From Atribacterota bacterium (GTDB taxonomy: Bacteria > Atribacterota > Phoenicimicrobiia > Phoenicimicrobiales > Stramentimicrobiaceae): a DNA stretch of 64,000 nucleotides. Position 1 is the first letter of the stretch. The number at the start of each line of letters is the position of its first letter. The DNA is taken from the NCBI GenBank assembly GCA_040767965.1, contig JAXGNR010000004.1, positions 480,001-544,000 on the forward strand. Reading direction: 5' to 3'. Positions 36,007 to 46,677 of this stretch are shown here, piece by piece. Position numbers and translations under genes: made by a program. The notes below the pieces were generated by a model. The model was not told where the DNA came from, did not search any database, and was given only the letters and a program-made list of their open reading frames with translations.

Positions 36007-37836
36007 ATGTGCGGAATTATTGGATATATTGGCAATAAAGATGCTTTGCCGATACTGATGCAAGGATTAAACAGGTTAGAATATAGAGGATATGACTCAG
36101 CAGGGATTGCTTTACTTGATGAAAATAATTCTATACAGATAAAAAAATGTAAAGGAAAGATTAGCTGTTTAGAAAGTTTGTTAAAAGAAAACAGTTTAAA
36201 AGGAAATGTAGGAATTGGACATACTAGATGGGCTACCCATGGCATACCAAATGATATAAATGCACACCCTCATTTAACCATTGATAGCGAGATTGCTGTT
36301 GTTCACAATGGAATAATTGAGAATTATTTAAATATAAAAGAAGAATTAATCGCAAATGGTTATAATTTCATTTCAGATACTGATACCGAAGTGCTCCCGC
36401 ATCTGATAAAAAAAAATTATCAAAAAAATATAACTGAAGCAGTAAGGAAATCTTTAATGATACTAGAGGGATCCTATGCGTTAGGGGTAGTATCCAGGAA
36501 AGAGCCAGAAAAAATTGTTGCTGCAAGAAGTGGCAGCCCTCTCATAATTGGAGTCGGCAAAGAAGAAATGTTTATTTCTTCAGATGTATCAGCCTTAATA
36601 AAATATACCAGAGAGGTCATCTATTTGGAAGAAGGGGAAATAGCTACAATAAGTAAAAATTCTATAGAAGTAATAAATTTAGAGGGGGAAAAATTAGACA
36701 AAAAGCCAGTTTATATTGATTGGGACCCAGAAATGGCTGAAAAAAATGGTTATAAACATTTTATGAAAAAAGAAATATTTGAGCAGCCATTAGTACTGAG
36801 AAATAATTTGGAACGATATATAAAGCAAGAAGGGATTGTTTTTCCTGATTTGAATATACCACAAAATATATCCAAAAAAATTGATAAAATACATATTGTT
36901 GCTTGTGGGACTGCTTATTATGCCTCAATGCTCGGGAAATATATAATAGAATCTATTGCAGGAATTCCAGTAGAAATTGACTATTCCTCAGAATTTAGAT
37001 ATAGGACAAAATTGTTGAATAAAAAATCTTTAGCTATTGTGGTTTCTCAATCTGGAGAAACAGCTGACACAATTGCAGCAATGCGTTCATGTCAAGGAGA
37101 AGTAGGATCAATTCTGGCTATAATTAATGTTCAAGGAAGCACTATAAGTAGAGAAGCAGATAGCCTAATATATATCAATGCCGGACCAGAAATAGGAGTG
37201 GCATCTACAAAAGCATTTCTGGGACAGCTTGTTTCTTTATATTTATTAGCAATATATTTGGGCAAAACAACAGGTAGACTGATGAAAGAACAAGAGGTAT
37301 TGTTAATGCAAGATATAAAGAAAATACCACAAAAAATTGAAACTATATTAAGCCAGGAGACGAAAATAAGAGAGCTGGCTAAAGAATTCTCCAAATATCA
37401 TAACTTTCTTTATCTTGGACGGGATGTAAATTTTCCAATAGCATTAGAAGGCGCTTTAAAATTGAAAGAGATATCTTATATACATGCTGAAGCTTATCCC
37501 GCAGGAGAAATGAAGCATGGACCAATAGCATTATTGGATAAGACATTTCCAGTAGTGGCAATAATTCCTGAAGATAATGTATATAATAAAATGATAAATA
37601 ACCTGAAAGAAGTAGCAGCTAGAGATTCAAAAGTATTTGCTATAGCGACTGAAGGAGACAATCAAATAGTTAATATAACTGATAATGTATTTTTTATTCC
37701 AAAAATAAATCAACAAATACTCTACCCATTATTAACCGTAATACCATTACAATTAATAGCATATTATGTGGCTGATATTTTGGGAAAAGATGTTGACAAG
37801 CCAAGAAATTTAGCAAAAAGTGTAACTGTTGAGTAG
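36007..37836 (+). CDS. glmS: Glutamine-fructose-6-phosphate aminotransferase
   Basis: MCGIIG, GHTRWATHG, SQSGETADT, PRNLAKSVTVE. Confidence 0.99.
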   Translation: MCGIIGYIGNKDALPILMQGLNRLEYRGYDSAGIALLDENNSIQIKKCKGKISCLESLLKENSLKGNVGIGHTRWATHGIPNDINAHPHLTIDSEIAVVHNGIIENYLNIKEELIANGYNFISDTDTEVLPHLIKKNYQKNITEAVRKSLMILEGSYALGVVSRKEPEKIVAARSGSPLIIGVGKEEMFISSDVSALIKYTREVIYLEEGEIATISKNSIEVINLEGEKLDKKPVYIDWDPEMAEKNGYKHFMKKEIFEQPLVLRNNLERYIKQEGIVFPDLNIPQNISKKIDKIHIVACGTAYYASMLGKYIIESIAGIPVEIDYSSEFRYRTKLLNKKSLAIVVSQSGETADTIAAMRSCQGEVGSILAIINVQGSTISREADSLIYINAGPEIGVASTKAFLGQLVSLYLLAIYLGKTTGRLMKEQEVLLMQDIKKIPQKIETILSQETKIRELAKEFSKYHNFLYLGRDVNFPIALEGALKLKEISYIHAEAYPAGEMKHGPIALLDKTFPVVAIIPEDNVYNKMINNLKEVAARDSKVFAIATEGDNQIVNITDNVFFIPKINQQILYPLLTVIPLQLIAYYVADILGKDVDKPRNLAKSVTVE

Positions 37837-37974
37837 AATAAAAAAATATAATATTAATGGTAATAATTCTATTCAAAAAGCCAAAAGAAGAAAGGTATAA
37901 CAAGGAAATTAATTTAACAAAGAAAATTGTGATTCTTCTGTATTTACTTCTTTGATAAATATGAAAGGATTTAG

Positions 37975-38355
37975 ATGATTGCAGGGTGCGGAATAGATAT
38001 AGTTGATGTTAAAAGAATAAAAAAGATAATAAAAAAATGGGATACAATTTTTTTAGACAAGTTCTTTACTAGACAAGAAATATTCTATTGTGAACAAAAA
38101 AATAATAATAAGTTCCAGTCATATGCAGGTTATTTTGCTGCGAAAGAAGCATTGGTAAAGGCATTTGGAACAGGTTTTCGATATTTTAAATTCAAAGAAA
38201 TAGAAATTCAAAAAAATAATTTGGGGAAACCGTTAATCCATTTATCTGCCAATATGGAAAAAACTTATCTACAGAACAAGATTGTAAAAATACATTTAAG
38301 TATTTCCCATACTGCTGAACTGGCAATAGCTCAGGTTATTATAGAAAAAGAGTAA
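37975..38355 (+). CDS. acpS: Holo-ACP synthase
   Basis: GIDIV, FAAKEA..KAFGTG, LSISH. Confidence 0.96.
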   Translation: MIAGCGIDIVDVKRIKKIIKKWDTIFLDKFFTRQEIFYCEQKNNNKFQSYAGYFAAKEALVKAFGTGFRYFKFKEIEIQKNNLGKPLIHLSANMEKTYLQNKIVKIHLSISHTAELAIAQVIIEKE

Positions 38356-38379
38356 TTTATAAGTTTAAGGGAGATAATT

Positions 38380-39567
38380 ATGAGAACAAATAACTATTCT
38401 GCTTGGCTAGAAATAAATCTTGACAATGTCAAAAAAAATATAATTGAAATCAGAAAGTTAGTCAAAAAAAATACCCAGATAATGGGTGTGGTCAAAGGAA
38501 ATGCTTATGGACATGATGCAATAGAGATTTCAAAAATAATATTAGAAAATGGAGCTGATAGTTTAGCAGTAGCTAGAATTGAAGAGGCAATTTCTTTAAG
38601 AGAAAATAATATTAATAAACCTATTTTGGTTTTAGGAACTTCCCCTATTGATCAAACCGATCTTTACTTTAAACATTCACTTGTAATGCCTACTATTTGT
38701 GATTTAGGAAAGGCAAGGCATTTTAATGAAATAGCAAATATATACAATAAAAAAATTCAAGTGCATTTGAAAATAGAAACAGGAATGGGTAGGCTTGGGA
38801 TTACAGTCGCAGAGTTTGATAATTTTTTAAAAAAAATATTGGAATTAGAAAATATTGAGATAAATGGAGTTTATACCCATTTTTCGACTGCAGATGAACT
38901 TGAAAAAGAGTACACCAAATATCAGTTCAATAATTTCCAAAAAGTAAAGGATATAATAAAGAATAACAGCAATATTACTCCTTTGTATCATGTTGCCAAT
39001 AGTGGTGCTATTCTTGATTTACCTGAGATGTGGTTAGATATGGTCCGACCAGGATGTCTTTTGTATGGATTATACCCTTCTCGCGAAGTGAAAAAAACAA
39101 TAAAACTTTATCCTGCTTTAACATTTAAAAGCAGGGTGGCTTTTATAAAAAAGATAGGTAAAGATCAATCTATAGGATATGGTAGAACGTATAAAACAAT
39201 CAAAACAACAACAGTTGCAACTTTGCCGGTAGGTTATGCAGATGGATATTCCAGATTTCTTTCAAATAAAGGGGAAGTTGTTATTAATGGAGAGAAAGCT
39301 GCGGTGATTGGTAGGGTATGTATGGATCAAATGATGGTAGATATAACCAATTTGAAAAATGTAAATTTTGATGATGAAGTTATTTTGTGGGGAAGTTATG
39401 GTAATAACTCCATATCTACTGAAGAAATCGCTGATACTATAGGGACCATTGTTGACGAAATTGTTCATTTAACTGATAAAAATAGAGTAGCAAAAATTTT
39501 TATCAAAGACGGAAAATATTGGAAATCGAAAAGTTTACTAGGTGAGTTTGTTTATAATGAAATATGA
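38380..39567 (+). CDS. alr: Alanine racemase family PLP enzyme
   Basis: VVKGNAYGH (PLP lysine), IGYGRTY, GYADGY, GRVCMDQ. Confidence 0.93.
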   Translation: MRTNNYSAWLEINLDNVKKNIIEIRKLVKKNTQIMGVVKGNAYGHDAIEISKIILENGADSLAVARIEEAISLRENNINKPILVLGTSPIDQTDLYFKHSLVMPTICDLGKARHFNEIANIYNKKIQVHLKIETGMGRLGITVAEFDNFLKKILELENIEINGVYTHFSTADELEKEYTKYQFNNFQKVKDIIKNNSNITPLYHVANSGAILDLPEMWLDMVRPGCLLYGLYPSREVKKTIKLYPALTFKSRVAFIKKIGKDQSIGYGRTYKTIKTTTVATLPVGYADGYSRFLSNKGEVVINGEKAAVIGRVCMDQMMVDITNLKNVNFDDEVILWGSYGNNSISTEEIADTIGTIVDEIVHLTDKNRVAKIFIKDGKYWKSKSLLGEFVYNEI

Positions 39568-40066
39568 AAACAGAAAAGAGATAAATTTTGACTATGTATT
39601 TATTAGCAAAACACCCATTGAAACCGGAGAGTTAGGCGAAAAAATAGGCAAATTATTAAGACCAGGAAACATCATTGCCTTAAATGGACAGCTTGGAGCT
39701 GGAAAAACATGCTTAATCAAAGGTATTGCAAAAGGATTAAAATCAGATAATGATGTTACCAGTCCTTCTTTCTCTTTGATAAATGAATATATAGGTAATT
39801 ATCCTATATATCATTTTGATTTCTATAGAATCAACAACCCTGAAGAGATAGAAACTCTAGGATATGAAGAGTATTTTTATGGCACTGGTGTCACATTAAT
39901 TGAATGGGCTGAAAAAATAGAAAAATACTTACCAGACGAGCTGGTTCTGATTGACATAAAAATAGAAGAAAATAGTTATTACAGAAAGTTTTATTTTAGA
40001 TCGATAGGGGAATATTATTATAAAATGATCAAGGCTTTAAAAAAAGATGAAAATATTAGGAATTGA
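39557..40066 (+). CDS. tsaE: t6A biosynthesis ATPase TsaE
   Basis: GQLGAGKT, VTSPSF, HFDFYR, LIEWA. Confidence 0.96.
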   Translation: MKYENRKEINFDYVFISKTPIETGELGEKIGKLLRPGNIIALNGQLGAGKTCLIKGIAKGLKSDNDVTSPSFSLINEYIGNYPIYHFDFYRINNPEEIETLGYEEYFYGTGVTLIEWAEKIEKYLPDELVLIDIKIEENSYYRKFYFRSIGEYYYKMIKALKKDENIRN

Positions 40067-40745
40067 CACTTCAACAAATATAATGGGTTTATCAATAGTA
40101 GAAGAAAATAAAATATTGGTAAATTGTATGCTTCAGAAGCCAGGAATAACCCATTCTTCTAGTTTGATCCCTTTTTTAAAAAATATGTTAGATTTTCAAG
40201 GGATAGAATTAAAAGATTTAGCAGGAATTGCTGTTTCTGTTGGGCCGGGTTCTTTCACTGGATTAAGAATTGGTTTGTCAACAGCAAAAGGAATTGCTTT
40301 TGCATTATCTTTGCCAATGGTAGGTATTAACAGCTTAGAAGCATATTCTGCTAAATATATGAACCTTCAAGGGATATTATGTCCTATAATTAAAGCAAGA
40401 AAAGATGAATATTATTTTACTTTTTATAATAATGAAAAGGATAAGAGGTTGCTTAGGATAGAAGAATATCAATGCGATAATTGGCTTAATATAAGAGAAA
40501 AAATAAATAAGCTTAAGCAACAAGTATATATTATGGGAGACTCTTTGGAAGATTTATTGTCATTTGAAAAAAAAGCTGATCAATACAAGGCTATTCATTT
40601 TATTTTTCAAAAACAAGACCCTCCTGGAGCAGCAATTATTGCTTTGATGGGAGAAGAGAAAATAAAGGAAAAAGAATATGATGACTTATTTCAAATAGTG
40701 CCTTTTTATATTGGTAAATCACTAGCAGAAAGAATTAAAAAGTAG
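40047..40745 (+). CDS. tsaB: t6A biosynthesis protein TsaB
   Basis: LGIDTS, GPGSFTGLRIG. Confidence 0.95.
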   Translation: MKILGIDTSTNIMGLSIVEENKILVNCMLQKPGITHSSSLIPFLKNMLDFQGIELKDLAGIAVSVGPGSFTGLRIGLSTAKGIAFALSLPMVGINSLEAYSAKYMNLQGILCPIIKARKDEYYFTFYNNEKDKRLLRIEEYQCDNWLNIREKINKLKQQVYIMGDSLEDLLSFEKKADQYKAIHFIFQKQDPPGAAIIALMGEEKIKEKEYDDLFQIVPFYIGKSLAERIKK

Positions 40746-40758
40746 AGAAGTAATAAAA

Positions 40759-41766
40759 ATGGTAAAAAATGATATTTACATACTTGGAATTGAAACTTCT
40801 TGTGATGAAACTTCTTGTGCGGTAATTAAAAATGGAAGACAAGTATTATCTAATATAGTGGCCTCACAAATGGAAATTCATAAAAAATACGGTGGTGTAG
40901 TCCCGGAAATTGCTTCAAGAGAACATATGAAAAATATTTTTATTACCTGTCAGGAAGCTCTGTCAAGTGCAAAAATACCTCTAAAAAAAATAAGCGCAAT
41001 TGCTGTTGTTAACGGCCCTGGCCTAAAAGGATCATTGTTAGTTGGATTGTCTTTCGCAAAGGCAGTTGCATTTGCCTTAAATAAGCCTCTAATTGGAGTA
41101 AATCACATTGAAGCACATATATATGCTAACCTGCTAAATGAGAAACAAATAGCATTACCATTTATTTCTTTAATTGTATCAGGTGGTCATACATCCTTAA
41201 TATTGGTGAGGGATATTGGAGAAATAAGCATTATAGGCAAAACGAGAGATGATGCAGCAGGAGAGGCATTTGATAAAATAGCAAAATACTTAGATTTAGG
41301 CTACCCAGGTGGACCTATTATTGAAAAATTGGCATTATCTGGTGACAGAAATGCAATTAGATTTCCCAGGCCATTAACCAACTCCGGCAATAATGATTTT
41401 AGTTTCAGTGGTTTAAAAACCGCAGTGATATATCATGTTTTAGAAGAAAAAAAACAAATGAATGAATTGAAACTGCCAGATCTCTGTGCTTCTTTCCAAC
41501 AAGCAGTAATTGATATCTTGTTGGAAAAATCTCTAAACGCACTACACGAGTACCACATTGATACAATTGTTTTGGGAGGAGGAGTTACTGCAAATGAAAG
41601 TCTTCGCAAGGCATTCACTCAAACAATGAAAAAAAATAAAATTGAAATACATTTTCCTCCAAAAGAACTTTGTACTGACAATGCTGCAATGGTAGGTTGC
41701 ACAGGTTATTATAAGTATATAAAGGGAAATACTGATACATTTGATATAGATGTTTATACAGGATAA
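40759..41766 (+). CDS. tsaD: t6A carbamoyltransferase TsaD
   Basis: IETSCDET, HIEAH, SGGHT, DDAAGEAFDK, CTDNAAM. Confidence 0.98.
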   Translation: MVKNDIYILGIETSCDETSCAVIKNGRQVLSNIVASQMEIHKKYGGVVPEIASREHMKNIFITCQEALSSAKIPLKKISAIAVVNGPGLKGSLLVGLSFAKAVAFALNKPLIGVNHIEAHIYANLLNEKQIALPFISLIVSGGHTSLILVRDIGEISIIGKTRDDAAGEAFDKIAKYLDLGYPGGPIIEKLALSGDRNAIRFPRPLTNSGNNDFSFSGLKTAVIYHVLEEKKQMNELKLPDLCASFQQAVIDILLEKSLNALHEYHIDTIVLGGGVTANESLRKAFTQTMKKNKIEIHFPPKELCTDNAAMVGCTGYYKYIKGNTDTFDIDVYTG

Positions 41767-41907
41767 TAAAATAAGATATAGACATTAAATAGGACATAAA
41801 ATGAGATATATTGTTATAAATATAAAAAATAATGTAAAATAGCCTTAAATGACCTTAAAACGGGTTTGCAAAATGTTATGACATTATATAATATAGTAGA
41901 GGTAATT

Positions 41908-41934
41908 TTAGCACTCTCATTATGAGAGTGCTAA
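41908..41934 (+). promoter_or_regulatory. CIRCE element (HrcA operator)
   Basis: Exact TTAGCACTC-N9-GAGTGCTAA, between a TATAAT (41887-41892) and the groES SD. Confidence 0.97.
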
Positions 41935-41968
41935 ATCATTTAAATACCATTCAAGGAGGATTAAAGAT

Positions 41969-42271
41969 ATGGACATTAAAAAAATTAAACCATTGGGCGA
42001 CCGTATATTGGTAAAACCAGTCGTGGAAGAGGAAAAAACAAAAGGTGGTATTGTATTGCCGGATACAGTCTCCAAAGAAAAGCCCCAAGTAGGAGAAGTA
42101 TTGGCAGTAGGACCAGGCAGAACCAATGATGACGGAAAAACATTTCCAATGCAGTTTAAAACAGGTGATAAAGTTATTTATGCAAAATATTCCGGTACAG
42201 ATTTAAAAGATGATGACGACGAAGATTATCTCTTATTGAGTGAAAAAGATATTTTAGCAATTTTGGAATAG
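41969..42271 (+). CDS. groES: Co-chaperonin GroES
   Basis: [23 protein letters not shown]. Confidence 0.99.
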   Translation: MDIKKIKPLGDRILVKPVVEEEKTKGGIVLPDTVSKEKPQVGEVLAVGPGRTNDDGKTFPMQFKTGDKVIYAKYSGTDLKDDDDEDYLLLSEKDILAILE

Positions 42272-42372
42272 AAAAAACAGGTAAATCAGGTAGATAAAGT
42301 AATAAGCTATTATAATGGTAGATATTATAGTAGCTGAAATTATTAAAAAGTTTTAGTAAAGAAGAAATTTAG

Positions 42373-44025
<1,653 letters not shown>

Positions 44026-44088
44026 AATTAACTACTGAATTGAGCAGACAATAGATAATTAAACTAAGATTTATTCAAAAAATATGAG

Positions 44089-44142
44089 TTAAATATTAAA
44101 AAAGGCATCTCATTTAAACGGGATGCCTTTTTTAATATTTAA
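44089..44142. terminator. Bidirectional terminator between convergent groEL and ald
   Basis: 21-bp perfect arms TTAAATATTAAAAAAGGCATC / GATGCCTTTTTTAATATTTAA. Confidence 0.88.
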
Positions 44143-44158
44143 TTTTATCAATTCTCTA

Positions 44159-45271
44159 TTAAAATAGATCTGAAATATTGTAAAAGTGTAAATTAAAAAG
44201 ATCTGCTATGGGTTTATTGGTTATTTTTCCTTTGTAAATATTGAGACCATTAGCGATAGATTTATTTCTTAGGATGGTTTTTTCAAGTTTATCATTGGCT
44301 ATTTCCAGTATATATGGCAAAGTGGCATTGGTAAGCGCAAAAGTAGAAGTTCTTGCAAAAGCACCTGGCATATTTGTGACACAATAATGCAAAATATTAT
44401 GAATTTTAAAAACAGGGTTGCTATGAGATGTTGGTTTACTTGTTTCTATACAGCCTCCCTGATCTATTGCAACATCTACGACAATTGAATTTGGCTGCAT
44501 CATTTTAATCATATTCTCTGAGACTATTTTCGGTGCAGCTGAACCAGGAACTAATACTGCCCCAATTAAGGCATCTGCATCTTTTATTTCATTTTCAATA
44601 TTATGTTTATTAGAAACCAATAAATTGATATTTTTAGGTAAAATATCCTCTAAATATTTTAATCTATTTAGATTTATATCAAATATGATAACATTTGCAC
44701 CGATACCTGCGGCTATTTTTGCAGCATTAGTACCAACAGTGCCTCCGCCTATCACTAATATTTTAGCCGGTTTTACTCCTGGAACACCGCCCATCAAAAC
44801 CCCCTTTCCCCCCATTGGCAAAGCAAGGAAATAAGCAGCTACATGTCCAGCCATTTTGCCTGCAATTTCACTCATTGGTGATAACAATGGTAATGAGTGA
44901 TTTTCGTCTTCAATGGTTTCGTATGCTATACAGATACATTTTTGGTTAACCATAGCAGTCGTTAATTCTAGTGAGGCAGCAAAATGAAAAAAGGTAAAGA
45001 TAATCTGGTTTTCTCTAATTAAAGAATATTCGTTTTTTAAAGGTTCTTTAACTTTTAAAATCATTTGAGATTCATTATAAATCTCCTCTGCCTTTTCATA
45101 AATAACAGCACCTGCATCTAAATATTGTTGGTCAGAAATTCCGCTACCTGACCCGGCGAGTTTTTCAATTATTATTTTATGTCCAGCGCTAAAAAGAGAA
45201 TTAACTCCAGCGGGAGTAATTGCAACCCTATTTTCATTATTTTTTATTTCTTTTGGTATACCGATTATCAT
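44159..45271 (-). CDS. ald: Alanine dehydrogenase
   Basis: GIPKEIKNNENRV, KVKEP, PMSEIAG, VDVAIDQGG, NMPGA. Confidence 0.96.
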   Translation of the reverse strand: MIIGIPKEIKNNENRVAITPAGVNSLFSAGHKIIIEKLAGSGSGISDQQYLDAGAVIYEKAEEIYNESQMILKVKEPLKNEYSLIRENQIIFTFFHFAASLELTTAMVNQKCICIAYETIEDENHSLPLLSPMSEIAGKMAGHVAAYFLALPMGGKGVLMGGVPGVKPAKILVIGGGTVGTNAAKIAAGIGANVIIFDINLNRLKYLEDILPKNINLLVSNKHNIENEIKDADALIGAVLVPGSAAPKIVSENMIKMMQPNSIVVDVAIDQGGCIETSKPTSHSNPVFKIHNILHYCVTNMPGAFARTSTFALTNATLPYILEIANDKLEKTILRNKSIANGLNIYKGKITNKPIADLFNLHFYNISDLF

Positions 45272-45445
45272 TTAATCAGTCTCCTTTTTAATATCAAATT
45301 AGATTTGATTAAGAGAAATAATTATTAATATAATTACATCATTGTAAATAATAGTAAATATAAATTATAATTGCTGTAATGTTAAATACAAACTGTATAA
45401 AATGAAAAAATTTAAGAAGTTATTTATTCTCTTCTGTTGGAATAA

Positions 45446-45496
45446 GAAAAAATACGTGATTAGTATTTTTCATAGTAACATGCTAATCACGTATTT
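45446..45496 (-). terminator. Intrinsic terminator of fhs-gcv operon
   Basis: AAATACGTGATTAG / CTAATCACGTATTT stem followed by T-run on the - strand, just downstream of gcvT. Confidence 0.75.
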
Positions 45497-45539
45497 AAAA
45501 TGATTAAATAAACACATTTTATTTATATCTGCACTTTTT

Positions 45540-46664
45540 TTATCTTTTATTTATTGGAGCATAAAAGGGCAAAGAAACAATTTCTGCTTCAACTGGCTTG
45601 TTTCTAATAATAATATTAACTTTGATACCTTCAACAGTATGAGGTTGGTTTAACAATGCCATAGCAAATACTTTTTTTAAGGTAGGACAATAGTTCCCGG
45701 AAGTAATAAAACCAATATTTTGTTGATCTCTCACTACTTCCATTTTATTTCTGGGAATTCCTCCTTGTGATACTGCCAAACCAACTAATTTCCTTGAAAG
45801 GCCTTCTTGTTTTATTTTTAGTAAGCTGTCTCTTCCAATAAAATTATCTTTATCGAATTTAACTGCCCATCCTTGTCCTGTTTCGAGAGGGTTAATATTT
45901 TCATCAATATCATTTCCGTATAACCAGTATGAAACTTCAAACCTGGTAGTATCTCTTGAACCCAAACCACAAGGTTTAATACCATGAATTTGACCATTTT
46001 CCAATGTATTTTTCCAAATATCTATTATGTCCTTTGCGTTTAGTGTATATATTTCAAAGCCATCTTCGCCAGTATAGCCTGTTCTGGATATTAATACATC
46101 CTTCCCAAACAGAGTTCCGTATATGAAAGTGAATCTTTTTAATTGCTGTAAGGGAATATCGGCTTGAAAAAATGGGGACAGTAATTTTTCTGCAAAGGGC
46201 CCCTGTACTGCTACTTCTCCATATTGTTGACTTTTATTAAAAATTTCAACATTAAATTTACTGCTATGTTTTTTTATCCAGTGTTCATCTTTTTCTGAAT
46301 AATTAGTGGAAGCATTGACAACTAGAAGAATAAAATCATCTTCAATTTTATATACAAATAAGTCATCTACTTGTCCTCCAGAATGGTAACACATAGGAGA
46401 ATATTTAATTGTGCCATTTTTCATGTTGTCGACTTTGTTCGTTAAAAGATAATTAACGAAAGGAATTGCATCAGGTCCTTTTATTTCTATTTCGCCCATA
46501 TGGGATACATCAAAGATTCCGACATTTTTTCTTACGGCATTATGCTCTTCGATTATACTTGTGTAATGGACTGGCATATCGAACCCATCAAATGGGATCA
46601 TTCGAGCATTTAATTTTAGATGCTCCTGGTGGAGCGGTGTTAATAATAAATCATTATCATGCAT
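45540..46664 (-). CDS. gcvT: Glycine cleavage T protein (aminomethyltransferase)
   Basis: FDVSHMGE, SRTGYTGEDGFE, CGLGSRD. Confidence 0.97.
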   Translation of the reverse strand: MHDNDLLLTPLHQEHLKLNARMIPFDGFDMPVHYTSIIEEHNAVRKNVGIFDVSHMGEIEIKGPDAIPFVNYLLTNKVDNMKNGTIKYSPMCYHSGGQVDDLFVYKIEDDFILLVVNASTNYSEKDEHWIKKHSSKFNVEIFNKSQQYGEVAVQGPFAEKLLSPFFQADIPLQQLKRFTFIYGTLFGKDVLISRTGYTGEDGFEIYTLNAKDIIDIWKNTLENGQIHGIKPCGLGSRDTTRFEVSYWLYGNDIDENINPLETGQGWAVKFDKDNFIGRDSLLKIKQEGLSRKLVGLAVSQGGIPRNKMEVVRDQQNIGFITSGNYCPTLKKVFAMALLNQPHTVEGIKVNIIIRNKPVEAEIVSLPFYAPINKR

Positions 46665-46677
46665 CAGAATCTCCTTC

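Noticed and set aside
38355-41766. Absence of nnr between acpS and alr and of rimI between tsaB and tsaD (also L7Ae before rpsL, yqeY after rpsU)
   Set aside because: These accessory neighbours vary widely between taxa; loss cannot be inferred from one window
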